A stretch of 64,000 nucleotides of DNA, from positions 1-64,000 of the forward strand of contig JANOAV010000202.1 of assembly GCA_031411295.1 (NCBI GenBank). Direction: 5' to 3'. Shown here in pieces: positions 49,756-58,604 of the stretch (positions are counted from its first letter, which is position 1; every line of letters starts with the position of its first letter). Made by a program: the position numbers and the translations under genes. Under the pieces are notes generated by a model that ran no database searches, had not been told where the DNA came from, and saw only the letters and a program-made list of their open reading frames with translations. This DNA is from Verrucomicrobiales bacterium (GTDB taxonomy: Bacteria; Verrucomicrobiota; Verrucomicrobiia; Verrucomicrobiales; V1-33).

Positions 49756-50544
49756 TTAGAATTTCATCCTGCCTTTAGCCTCTCGTGTTAACGAAATTTT
49801 TCGCGATAGCACGACGACTATCGACGACGCCCCAATTAGTATCAGCAGTATTGGCATCCAGTGAGTTGCGGTCAACGAATGTTGTTTTTCACTACCGGTA
49901 TTCATCGATGGCTCTATAACCGTCTGCGCTGGAACGCCAGCTGCTTTTCCATTAATAGTTAACCGAGGCAGAGTTTCGGCAATTATTGGAACAATCCCTT
50001 GGGAATCTTGGACCGCTTTTTCAATTGCTGCCCTGGGATCGTAGTTCGGGATTCCAAGTATTTGCGTAACTTTCGTTGATTCGTTGCTTTCGATCTCGAA
50101 ATTGCTATTTGCATCTGTTTTTAACGAAAGATTTTCAATGGAGACTCCTGCTCCGCCTAACGTGATATCACCCCAACTGATCTCCAAGCCGTAAGCCGAG
50201 CTAGGGGCCAGATCCACGTAAGACTTGGGATGTAATTTGACTTTTTGTTTTGAACCTGGAAGTAGAGATTGAACCATTTTCCCGCCAACCATGTTTGAGT
50301 CGAAAGGGATTGCGGCGCATCCCGGTGGATGAAGCGTCAAACGGAACCCCATGGTGCCCTTGGTGGCAGCGTGCAGTATGGGGTGGTTGGACTGGTTCAG
50401 AACCTCTAACTCCAAAGACTTGGATCCGGGTGAGTAAAAAATTTGAACATTAATATTGGACGATCCCGTGTTGCCGGTTTGGCCACAATGCGCAACCACT
50501 TTGAAGACCACAAATAATACGTAAAATATTGCTAGACGTATCAT
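49756..50544 (-). CDS. Hypothetical exported protein with C-terminal TM anchor
   Basis: Signal from MIRLAIF, WGD-containing core, C-terminal TM helix plus basic tail. AT-rich. Confidence 0.7.
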   Translation of the reverse strand: MIRLAIFYVLFVVFKVVAHCGQTGNTGSSNINVQIFYSPGSKSLELEVLNQSNHPILHAATKGTMGFRLTLHPPGCAAIPFDSNMVGGKMVQSLLPGSKQKVKLHPKSYVDLAPSSAYGLEISWGDITLGGAGVSIENLSLKTDANSNFEIESNESTKVTQILGIPNYDPRAAIEKAVQDSQGIVPIIAETLPRLTINGKAAGVPAQTVIEPSMNTGSEKQHSLTATHWMPILLILIGASSIVVVLSRKISLTREAKGRMKF

Positions 50545-50545
50545 T

Positions 50546-50742
50546 CTAAAGTGTCGGTTGGGTTGGTGCAGCTCCTGGTTCCCCCCATTTGATGTCGCGA
50601 GCAGACTCAATGATACTTTCAGACGCGTTTTTGCTCCACACAGGCTGCGTATCTGTGTCTAAAAAGTCCGAATGTTCAGTTTTCTTCGCTGGCGAATGAC
50701 TGGCACTTAGCACGGTATAAGCCGGATCACCAGCATTTTTCT
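50546..50742 (-). pseudogene. Headless C-terminal gene fragment adjoining the transposase end motif
   Basis: Open frame KKNAGDPAYTV..IKWGEPGAAPTQPTL* starts at the junction and stops 1 nt before the next ATG. Confidence 0.5.
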
Positions 50743-50864
50743 TTACCAAACACAAGGTTACCAAACACAAGGTGGCGGCCATATTATTGGCAGAATACAT
50801 TGACGCTGGTTTCATGATTTTTCAGAGTTACGGAGAGCTGGAGCGTGGTTTGGGTTGGAGGCCG
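50743..50864 (-). repeat. Post-transposase tail with end motif and a 15-bp tandem duplication
   Basis: Minus-strand GGCCGCCACCTTGT (50780-50767) ends 98 nt after the stop. TTACCAAACACAAGG is repeated at 50743-50757 and 50758-50772. Confidence 0.85.
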
Positions 50865-51902
50865 CTAGCCTACTCCCTTTTGTAAGTCGCGCAAGACCCG
50901 CAGGTCTCCGGCCTCGACTCCTTTGAGTTTCCTGGCCCCGCTTTTCCGATTTTTGCCAAATCGTTCCCGCACTGATTCAAAGACCCCATTCACGAAGCCT
51001 GCGCTGCCAAAGATTCCGCCTCGCGTTAGGTAATTCACTTTGATCCGCAGCATTTGCCCTCGGGAGAGCTTCCCGCCCGCAGCATGAACAGCTTCGATGG
51101 TTTCCAGCTTGAACCCTGCTCGATACGCCACGCCTTCTGCTGGCAAAATCTCCTGTCCTTCCCCGTAGAGCCACAAACGATATTTTGCCGCCACAGCTTC
51201 CCAGTCAGCTGAATTTTCCGCTCCGAGCACTCGGCCCACGACGGATAATCCATCACGGGCTTTGGCCCCGGCATTGCCTGCACCCACGGCTTCACCATAG
51301 CCGCTCCAGGCATATTCTGCTGGATCTTCGACGATTTTGGCGCGGATCGGATTCAGGTCAATGTAAGCCGCCATGGTGGCCAGCGCTTCCCCGGCCCCTT
51401 CCACCAGCACACTGCGGAATCGCTCCTCCCACAAGGTCCCCCGACGTCCCACGCGTTTGTTATACCAGACGGAAAACGCCTGTTTCACATCCTGCATTAA
51501 ATTACTAACGTTAAACATCCGCTTCTCATACCCCGCAATGATTTCCGGAATCAGCTTCTCGCAGCCGTTCCCCCGATACATCTCAAATAGCCGCCGCAAT
51601 TCCTCCGCCTTCCCATGCCCCAGGCTCTTGGAAAGATGCACCAGAAATGACGCTTCCGTAAACATCGGCCCCGAGCCAGTCGGACGCGGAGGAACTTCCA
51701 CCAACAAATGAAAATGGTTCGTCATGATGCAATAAGTCACCACCCGCACCCCATGCAGCGCCTCGTAGCGACGCATCTGCTTAAGCAGAAACGCCTTCTC
51801 TTCAGCCTCCAGCAAGAACTTACGGTCATAGCATCTGGAAACCACGTGGTAGTAGGCAACAGCCTCCAAATCGGCGGGACGGAATCGGTATCGGGTAGTC
51901 AT
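50865..51902 (-). CDS. Y1 HUH transposase, RAYT/IS200-like with long C-terminal extension (intact)
   Basis: YYHVVSR, YCIMTNHFHLL (HUH), G.LWEERF.S, catalytic AAYIDLNPIRA and P.EY.WS.Y. 345 aa. Confidence 0.92.
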   Translation of the reverse strand: MTTRYRFRPADLEAVAYYHVVSRCYDRKFLLEAEEKAFLLKQMRRYEALHGVRVVTYCIMTNHFHLLVEVPPRPTGSGPMFTEASFLVHLSKSLGHGKAEELRRLFEMYRGNGCEKLIPEIIAGYEKRMFNVSNLMQDVKQAFSVWYNKRVGRRGTLWEERFRSVLVEGAGEALATMAAYIDLNPIRAKIVEDPAEYAWSGYGEAVGAGNAGAKARDGLSVVGRVLGAENSADWEAVAAKYRLWLYGEGQEILPAEGVAYRAGFKLETIEAVHAAGGKLSRGQMLRIKVNYLTRGGIFGSAGFVNGVFESVRERFGKNRKSGARKLKGVEAGDLRVLRDLQKGVG

Positions 51903-51909
51903 GGGGTGA

Positions 51910-51937
51910 ACATTATGGGAATTCCAGCAGGAGTCAA
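51910..51937 (-). promoter_or_regulatory. Putative leaderless promoter of the transposase
   Basis: TTGACT-16 nt-TAATGT, 7 nt before the ATG. L2 has TTGCGG-16-TAGTTT at the equivalent position. Confidence 0.5.
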
Positions 51938-52089
51938 TAGCTTTACTATAAACAGCATGGCATATAGTTATTCAGCGGCCAAGTGTGGAGCCGGATCAAC
52001 AACATTTCCGCGATGGGCAAGGCTTCGCACCATTTGCGTGCCCTGCACTCTGGGCCTTGCAGTCTGGGTGAACAAATGCTGATTAGGGC

Positions 52090-52869
52090 ATGATTACCCT
52101 TGAAGGAAAAACCGCATTTATTAGTGGCACCTCGCGTGGCCTTGGACTGGGCTTTGCCCGCACGCTAGCCAAGGCTGGCTGTGACTTGATTGTTACCAGC
52201 CGCACCCTGGCCTCACTGGAGCCCATCGTGCAGGAAATCACCGCTCTCGGTCGGAAATGCCTGCCACTCGCGCTCGACGTCCGTTCCCACGACAGCATTA
52301 AAGCCGCCGCCGCCGCCGCCCTGGCCGTCTTCCCAAAAATCGATATCCTAGTGAACAACGCCGGCTGCAATGCCCGCAAACCAGCCCTGGAAGTAACCTG
52401 GGACGACTGGAACTTGGTCCTGGAAACCAACCTGCGGGGATCTTTTTTCCTCTCCCAAGCGCTGGCCCCCAGTATGATCGCGAATGGCGGGGGTAAGATC
52501 GTCATGATCGGCAGCGTCACCTGCGTGGCCGGTTATGCTGGCCTGGCACCCTATGGTGCCAGTCGGGGCGGCGTGAAGCAGTTAACCATGAGCCTGGCCT
52601 CCGATTGGGGGCCGCATGGCATCAACGTGAATTGCCTGGCCCCCGGATGGTTCAAGACCGAGCAGAACAAAATGCTCTACGAAGATCCGGGTTGGGTGGA
52701 CTACCTTTGTGAGCGCATCCCGCTGGGCCGCCCCGGTCGCCCGGGGGACTTGGATGGCATGCTCCTTTTCCTGGCCTCCAGCGCCAGCGATTACGTTACC
52801 GGCCAGACTTTCCTCGTGGACGGCGGCATTTCCGTGGGCCAAACGCGGGCCACGGTCGCCAAAAAGTGA
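52090..52869 (+). CDS. SDR oxidoreductase (gluconate 5-dehydrogenase/KduD-like)
   Basis: SGTSRGLG, LVNNAG, YGASRGG (YxxxR variant), VNCLAPGWFKT and VDGG. Confidence 0.9.
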   Translation: MITLEGKTAFISGTSRGLGLGFARTLAKAGCDLIVTSRTLASLEPIVQEITALGRKCLPLALDVRSHDSIKAAAAAALAVFPKIDILVNNAGCNARKPALEVTWDDWNLVLETNLRGSFFLSQALAPSMIANGGGKIVMIGSVTCVAGYAGLAPYGASRGGVKQLTMSLASDWGPHGINVNCLAPGWFKTEQNKMLYEDPGWVDYLCERIPLGRPGRPGDLDGMLLFLASSASDYVTGQTFLVDGGISVGQTRATVAKK

Positions 52870-52971
52870 TCCAAAAGGGGCCTTTTACCCGTGAAATGGC
52901 GAATTTTCACGATTTGGTGAAAAAAAGTGCGGAAAGTTTGTAACGTTTTCCGAAAAAATCCGAATTCAATA

Positions 52972-53210
52972 GTGGGGGAATGCAATGCGGCTCCCAGTGC
53001 GGGATCTTCGGATCCACTTAGAGCTTCGACTCGGGGAATGCAACGCACTGGGAGTTCGCTATTCCACGATGAAGCAGGGATCGATCTCGCGCCGGGCGTC
53101 GGCCGTCTTCTGACGTTGGACACAGGCCTCGACAACATTAACCATCTGATGAATTTAATTAGCAGCGGCTTGGCGTGATACGGCGGTTGGCAAATCGGCG
53201 TTCCATTGGG
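52972..53210 (+). ncRNA. Candidate structured non-coding RNA, family not recognised
   Basis: Several nested helices, a cUUCGg hairpin and G-U-compatible pairs on the + strand, lying between convergent genes. Confidence 0.45.
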
Positions 53211-53213
53211 GTG

Positions 53214-54416
53214 CTAAACCGAGGACATTTCGTCCCACCTATTTCGCTGCTTTGGCACCTTTTTTTGGTTTGGGAACGGGGCCCGATTTTTTGAGCTCCG
53301 CGATAATTTGCTCGCCACCAGTGGGCTTGACAATCGTGACCAGCACTTGTTCGAGGGATTTAGGAGCGGCACCCGATGAGTGGACATAGAGTTTTTGTTT
53401 ACGGGTTTTAGTTCCTTCAAGACCTTCTGGAGTTCCTCCGGGTCCACCTTGTCCATGAAATCTGCGAACCAATAAATGGCGTCCACATTGCGTAATTCTG
53501 GAGCCGTGAGGGCCAGCCAGGCATACCCAACGCCCATTTTCTCGAAGTAGTAGGTGTCTTTGCGTTCGTGGAAAGCGTCATAAACTCCCTTGAATTCAAA
53601 TGGTTTGGTGAAATCGACTTCCTTGTCTTTGTCAGGCTTGGGACCTAACGCAATACAGTGCCAAAAATGATCGAAGTTGCGCCCACGCGTCTGCTCTGCC
53701 CGTTCCCAATTTGATTTGGAAACGGTGGGAACCATGACTCCGCATCCGTAATAGCAAACGATCGGGGCTCCGCCGCCGATTTTATTCGCTTCATGCACCA
53801 CGGTCTCCAAGTAAGGGTGCATGGACTTTGAGACATCCAGCACTATTCCCAGCCTGCGGGCTGCGAGTTGCTTTCCAAACATGGCAACGAATCCCGCCCC
53901 ACGGCCGGGGCCAACGCCGGTCCCGAAGCCGTTCCCGAGGAGACCGCCCTTGCCACTCCCTCGCAGCCCTCCCTCTCCGCCACCCATGCCACCGGCCTGC
54001 GGCATGGCGAAGGAACTCAAGCTACTCGCGGCGGTCAGATTCGGTGTGTCCGGGAGCACCACGGTAGCGGTGGCGGAAGTCGAGACAATCCGACTCCTCG
54101 GTTGGTTCATGTGGACTGCCTGGCGTTTGGTCGCAAGTTTGGCACTATTTGATTTTCCACCGCCGCCCCCTCCGGGCAGAAAATCAACGACTTCTTCCGC
54201 GGATCTGCGATCCGAAACCATTTTAATGATAAAAATGGCGAGCAAAATGAGGATGACGTGGATGCCCAGGCTCGTCAAAAGAGAACCGCCCCCGATTCTC
54301 CGCCAGTAGCCTTCTTTCTTTTTAGGGGAAGACACTGTGAATGATTCACTAAACTCACCATTCGTGCCGAAGGACGAGTCTTCTGCAAATGGGAATGACT
54401 GGAAATTATCGTTCAT
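53214..54416 (-). CDS. Membrane-anchored Gly-rich protein with vWA-like domain; probable frameshift near 53408
   Basis: TM SLGIHVILILLA, Gly-rich linker and IVLDVSKSM MIDAS-like motif. A more natural C-terminus lies in the frame ending at 53239. Confidence 0.7.
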   Translation of the reverse strand: MNDNFQSFPFAEDSSFGTNGEFSESFTVSSPKKKEGYWRRIGGGSLLTSLGIHVILILLAIFIIKMVSDRRSAEEVVDFLPGGGGGGKSNSAKLATKRQAVHMNQPRSRIVSTSATATVVLPDTPNLTAASSLSSFAMPQAGGMGGGEGGLRGSGKGGLLGNGFGTGVGPGRGAGFVAMFGKQLAARRLGIVLDVSKSMHPYLETVVHEANKIGGGAPIVCYYGCGVMVPTVSKSNWERAEQTRGRNFDHFWHCIALGPKPDKDKEVDFTKPFEFKGVYDAFHERKDTYYFEKMGVGYAWLALTAPELRNVDAIYWFADFMDKVDPEELQKVLKELKPVNKNSMSTHRVPLLNPSNKCWSRLSSPLVASKLSRSSKNRAPFPNQKKVPKQRNRWDEMSSV

Positions 54417-54839
54417 GGGAAAGCTAAGGCGACCAGTGAACCTCCTCCAAGTTGAAGATGCTCTCTACTTCAATTGGGTCGGTGCAGGGGATGTCTCTAG
54501 GAGATAACGCGAGAATCTCAATTTAGGACAGGACGTCAAGCCAAGCTTCTTCGTTGGCGGAACAAATATTGGCGAAGGTGAGCCACGAGCCTCCTGCAGA
54601 CAACATGAAGCATCAGACGAATTGATGAAAGCGTGGCTTGCAGCCCCTGAAAAATTATCGCATGTTAGTCGCCAGCTTTGGGCAGTCGCTTAGAGCTATT
54701 TCCGCATCCACGCAAATTCCCGTGACTTTCTCCTGATGGATTGATCCAACGTTGGCTCCGAGCCACGTTCTCACAGTGAATAACGGTTGGCATTCCGGTA
54801 ACGCTGGCCTAGTTGCTGGTGTCAGATCGATCATCGACC

Positions 54840-57800
54840 ATGCCCGAGTCCCCTCCTCCAGCTGCAGTGGCCAAGCCGCGGTTTTTCCGCCGGTGGGGGA
54901 AGCGTGTGGGCTGGTCAGTGTTGGTGCTGCTGCTTTTACTCGCGGCATTTTATCGGCCGATCATCCGTTGGGCGGCAGCTCATTTTGGCGGACAGGCCGC
55001 ACGCGATGCGGGGCTGGTGGCTTCGTGGAATCTGGAAGGAAATTTCTTCAGCGGCATGGATCTGCGGGACGTGAAAGTGAGTGGCAATGACGCCTCCCAA
55101 GTGCGCAGCATTTCCCTGGAGCATGCGAATCTATCCTACGACCTAACTAAATTCCGCAAGCAGGGAGTCGGTGCCGTCCTCAAAGAAGTCACCATTTCCA
55201 ATCTCACGGCAGACATTGACCTAACCAAGCCGGGCGAGCCGGCAAAAACGTCGCCCCGCAGGGACAAGAAACCTTCCGGCTCCCTGCCGGCGTTGCAATT
55301 CCCCAAGGTAACCATCTCCCACGTGAACCTCCGCCTCTTGATGGCGAGCGGCTTGGTGGAAATTGAGGACTTCTCACTATCGCTGGATCCGGATGCGCCG
55401 GGCGAGGTTTCCTGGGCCAAAGTGGCAGCGCCTGGCATCCCTGCGCTGGGCCCCATGAAGGGGGTGACGAAGCTGACTCCGCAATCCCTAGCATTCGAAA
55501 ATTTGGCCCTGCGGCCGGATACGCTGTTGCAGGAACTCAGCGTGGATATCGCCAAGCTGGCGCAGGAAGAGGTGGCGCTAAAGCTGGGGGTCCAGCAAGG
55601 GGGCGCGCAACTGAAGGTGGACGGCACGGTGGGTCAATGGAGTAGGGATCTCACGGCGGAAGCGGAAGTGAAGTTAACCAACCTCCATCCGGCGGATCTC
55701 GCCAGCTGGGATGTGCCGGCAGGAGAGATCGCCTGGGGGGTGAAATCGCTAACCGTCAGCGCGCACGGTCCCGTGCTCAAGCCTCAGGAACTCAAGGCCA
55801 CGGTGCAGGCCCAGACCGAGCCTTTGACGGTGGCTGGATTGCAGCTCAACGCCGCCCAACTGGAGACCAGGATCGCGGACGGCTTATTCCATCTGGACCA
55901 ACTCGTGGCGGGGGTGGGCGCGAATGAAATCGTAGCTACAGGTGAAGCAAAATTGCCTGCGACCTGGGCGGAGGCGGGGCAAGCGGTTGGTAAAATTTCC
56001 TTCAAACTAGATGCCAAAAATTTATCGCAACTCACGCCGCAGGTGCAAGGGGCAGCGGCAGCAGATGGCGCGGTGGAGTTTGGTGATCAGCAGTTGCGCG
56101 GGGCGAACTTGAATTTACACGCCAAGAACCTAACCGCAGCCGGGATCCCCGTTGAATCCGTGGAAATCAAGGCTACCAGCGCCAAGGAAATCGCCACGCT
56201 GGAGCGGGCGCAGATCGTGCTCAATGCGCAGAACACTGTTTCCGCCACGGGAACTTTCGGACTCACGGGTGATCATGCCCTAACTGCTCAGTGGGATGCG
56301 AATTGTGCCGACCTCGCCAGTCTGCCGACCCAGGTAAAGGCTGGCACCCTCTGGCCTGCTGCCGGGATGGTGAAATCTCAAGGGACCGCCAAAGGAACCC
56401 TAACTGCCATCCAGCAGCAGGATTGGCCGGCCCTAACCGCCAACGCCACGGTGGACGCCAGTGGGGTGAAGTTAAATGACGCCACGCTGCAAGGCCTGAA
56501 TTTGAAAGCTTCTCTGGCCCAGGGCAAAGCGACCTTGGAGCAACTGGCGCTGCAGTTGGATCCGGAAAATTCCGTGCAGGCGCAGGGGCAGTGCCTGTTA
56601 GGCGACCCTGCCCTGCCGCTCTCAGCCGAAGCGCATGTGACCTTGCCTAACGTGGCCGCACTGTCCGCCTGGGGCGAGCCGTTCGGAGCCCCGAAACTCG
56701 AAAGTGGCAGCGCACAGATCCACTGGAAGGCCACGGGCAAGGCGCGGCCGTTGTTGATGGATGGCAGCGGCACGGTGGATGTGGCCGGATTGAAGCTGAG
56801 CAGCGTGCCGGAGATTTTGGGACTAAAAGCATCCATCGAACAGCTGGGTGAGACCGCCAAGATTCCTCGCCTGCAAGCCACCGCCGGGCCGTGGCGCGCT
56901 GCCGGAGTGGTGGCATGGGACGGTAAGCGCCTCGATGTCTCCACGCTGGAAGGCTGGCTGAAAGAAGTTTCCCTGGTGAAGCTCTCGGCTTCGTTGCCGC
57001 TGAACTATAAGTCGGAACCACTGCATCTGAAGCTGGCCGTGGATCAACTGGACTCCGCCAAAGTGGCGGCCTCGCTGGGCCAAACCTTTCCTGCCAAAGG
57101 GATCGTGAGTTTGTCAGGGGAGTTTTCCGGCACGCTCAAGGATCTAAAAGGCGAACTGACCACGGAGGTGTCGCAAATTGTGATCGCCCAAAAGGAGGCG
57201 GAGAAACTGCAGCCCGGCAAGGTGAGCCTGAAGCTGAATTTGGCTGAGGGGAAACTCACGACTGACGTTGTGGTAAAGCAGAAACCACTGGAGGAACTGA
57301 CCCTCCATGCCGCCGTGCCCATGGATCTCCCGGCGTTGCTGGACCGCCCTGCATTGGCTCAGGAATTGCCGTTGGAGGCCAAGATGTCGCTGCCGAAATC
57401 AGCGTTAAACTTCCTGCCAAGCTTCGTTCCCATGATCCAGCGGATTGACGGCACGCTGGCGTTGGAGGTGGCGGCCACGGGCACGGTCACTAAGCCGAAA
57501 GTTGCCGGGACGGTGCAGTTGCAGATTCCTGACGTCGTCTTGGCCGATGAGTCGCTCCCCGGGATCAAACAACTGCGCGTAACATTGCTGGCGGATCAGC
57601 GAGCCATCACTATCAAACAAGCGGAAATGCTGGTTTCCGGAGGCCCGTTGAAGCTCACTGGGAGCGTGGGACTGCAAGATCTCAAGGATCCAACTTTCGA
57701 TTTGAAGTTGCTAGCGGAGGAAATTTTGGTCAAGCGGGACGACATGATCTCCCTGCGCGCCAATGCGGACATTGCTTGCATCGGGAAGCTCTCCGGAGCC

Positions 57801-58604
57801 ACCGTGGCTGGCAAGGTGGATTTGGTGCGCGGTCGAATCTTCAAGGAGGTTGAGATTGTGCCGCTGTCGCTGCCCAATCAACTGCCGCCTCCGCCCGCTT
57901 CCACCAAGTTAGGCAAGGAAGGATTGCCGGAATTGCCAGCAGTTCTGCACCCTTGGAAATTCGATGTTTCCGTGAAGACCAAGGACCCGATTCGCCTGAT
58001 GAGCACGGTGGCGCACGGCAGTGTTCTGGTCGATATGGCCTTGGCCGGAACAGGCGCCAAACCTGAGATAACGGGCAAGATAAACTTAAAGGACACTTGG
58101 GTGAAGCTGCCATTTAGTCGGCTCAATATCGTCTCTTGCGACGTTACCATCCCCAAGGAAAATCCGCTGGATCCCCAACTCGAGCTGATCGGGGAATCGG
58201 TGGTGGCGAATTACATGGTGACCTTGAATGCTTCCGGCCGGGCGATGGATCCCAAACTGCGCTTCACCTCCAGCCCACCGCTCTCCGAAGGTGATATCAC
58301 GTATCTGCTGGCTACGGGCACCACCGCTGGAGATCTGGGCGCGGGTAATGGCGAGGCGGCCGGACGGGCGTTGTTTCTGGTCTTCCAGAGTGCTTATCGA
58401 AAACTGTTTCCGAAGTTGGCGGCCGCAGCAGAGGAACAACAACCGCCCAAATTGTCGTTCGAGTTATCGGGCTTCGGCAACGATCCCAGCCGCCGGGGCG
58501 TGGCTGCCGTTTATGAATTAACCCCCAAAGTAAAAGCCATCGGCCGCGTCGGAGAAAATGGCACCTTCCGCGGACTGCTTTACTATCAAATTCGTTTCAA
58601 ATGA
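54840..58604 (+). CDS. tamB: Translocation/assembly module TamB-like protein
   Basis: N-terminal TM helix, long beta-taco-like sequence and C-terminal P.L.FTSSPPLSE.DI..LL.TG. Coupled to an Omp85 gene. Confidence 0.85.
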   Translation: MPESPPPAAVAKPRFFRRWGKRVGWSVLVLLLLLAAFYRPIIRWAAAHFGGQAARDAGLVASWNLEGNFFSGMDLRDVKVSGNDASQVRSISLEHANLSYDLTKFRKQGVGAVLKEVTISNLTADIDLTKPGEPAKTSPRRDKKPSGSLPALQFPKVTISHVNLRLLMASGLVEIEDFSLSLDPDAPGEVSWAKVAAPGIPALGPMKGVTKLTPQSLAFENLALRPDTLLQELSVDIAKLAQEEVALKLGVQQGGAQLKVDGTVGQWSRDLTAEAEVKLTNLHPADLASWDVPAGEIAWGVKSLTVSAHGPVLKPQELKATVQAQTEPLTVAGLQLNAAQLETRIADGLFHLDQLVAGVGANEIVATGEAKLPATWAEAGQAVGKISFKLDAKNLSQLTPQVQGAAAADGAVEFGDQQLRGANLNLHAKNLTAAGIPVESVEIKATSAKEIATLERAQIVLNAQNTVSATGTFGLTGDHALTAQWDANCADLASLPTQVKAGTLWPAAGMVKSQGTAKGTLTAIQQQDWPALTANATVDASGVKLNDATLQGLNLKASLAQGKATLEQLALQLDPENSVQAQGQCLLGDPALPLSAEAHVTLPNVAALSAWGEPFGAPKLESGSAQIHWKATGKARPLLMDGSGTVDVAGLKLSSVPEILGLKASIEQLGETAKIPRLQATAGPWRAAGVVAWDGKRLDVSTLEGWLKEVSLVKLSASLPLNYKSEPLHLKLAVDQLDSAKVAASLGQTFPAKGIVSLSGEFSGTLKDLKGELTTEVSQIVIAQKEAEKLQPGKVSLKLNLAEGKLTTDVVVKQKPLEELTLHAAVPMDLPALLDRPALAQELPLEAKMSLPKSALNFLPSFVPMIQRIDGTLALEVAATGTVTKPKVAGTVQLQIPDVVLADESLPGIKQLRVTLLADQRAITIKQAEMLVSGGPLKLTGSVGLQDLKDPTFDLKLLAEEILVKRDDMISLRANADIACIGKLSGATVAGKVDLVRGRIFKEVEIVPLSLPNQLPPPPASTKLGKEGLPELPAVLHPWKFDVSVKTKDPIRLMSTVAHGSVLVDMALAGTGAKPEITGKINLKDTWVKLPFSRLNIVSCDVTIPKENPLDPQLELIGESVVANYMVTLNASGRAMDPKLRFTSSPPLSEGDITYLLATGTTAGDLGAGNGEAAGRALFLVFQSAYRKLFPKLAAAAEEQQPPKLSFELSGFGNDPSRRGVAAVYELTPKVKAIGRVGENGTFRGLLYYQIRFK

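Noticed and set aside
52927..53178. 83-aa ORF, or tmRNA/RNase P/SRP identity for the structured region
   Set aside because: No protein features. No tRNA-like ends or ALAA-type tag, no GAGGAAAGTCC and no SRP CAGG..GGAA..AGCAG core.
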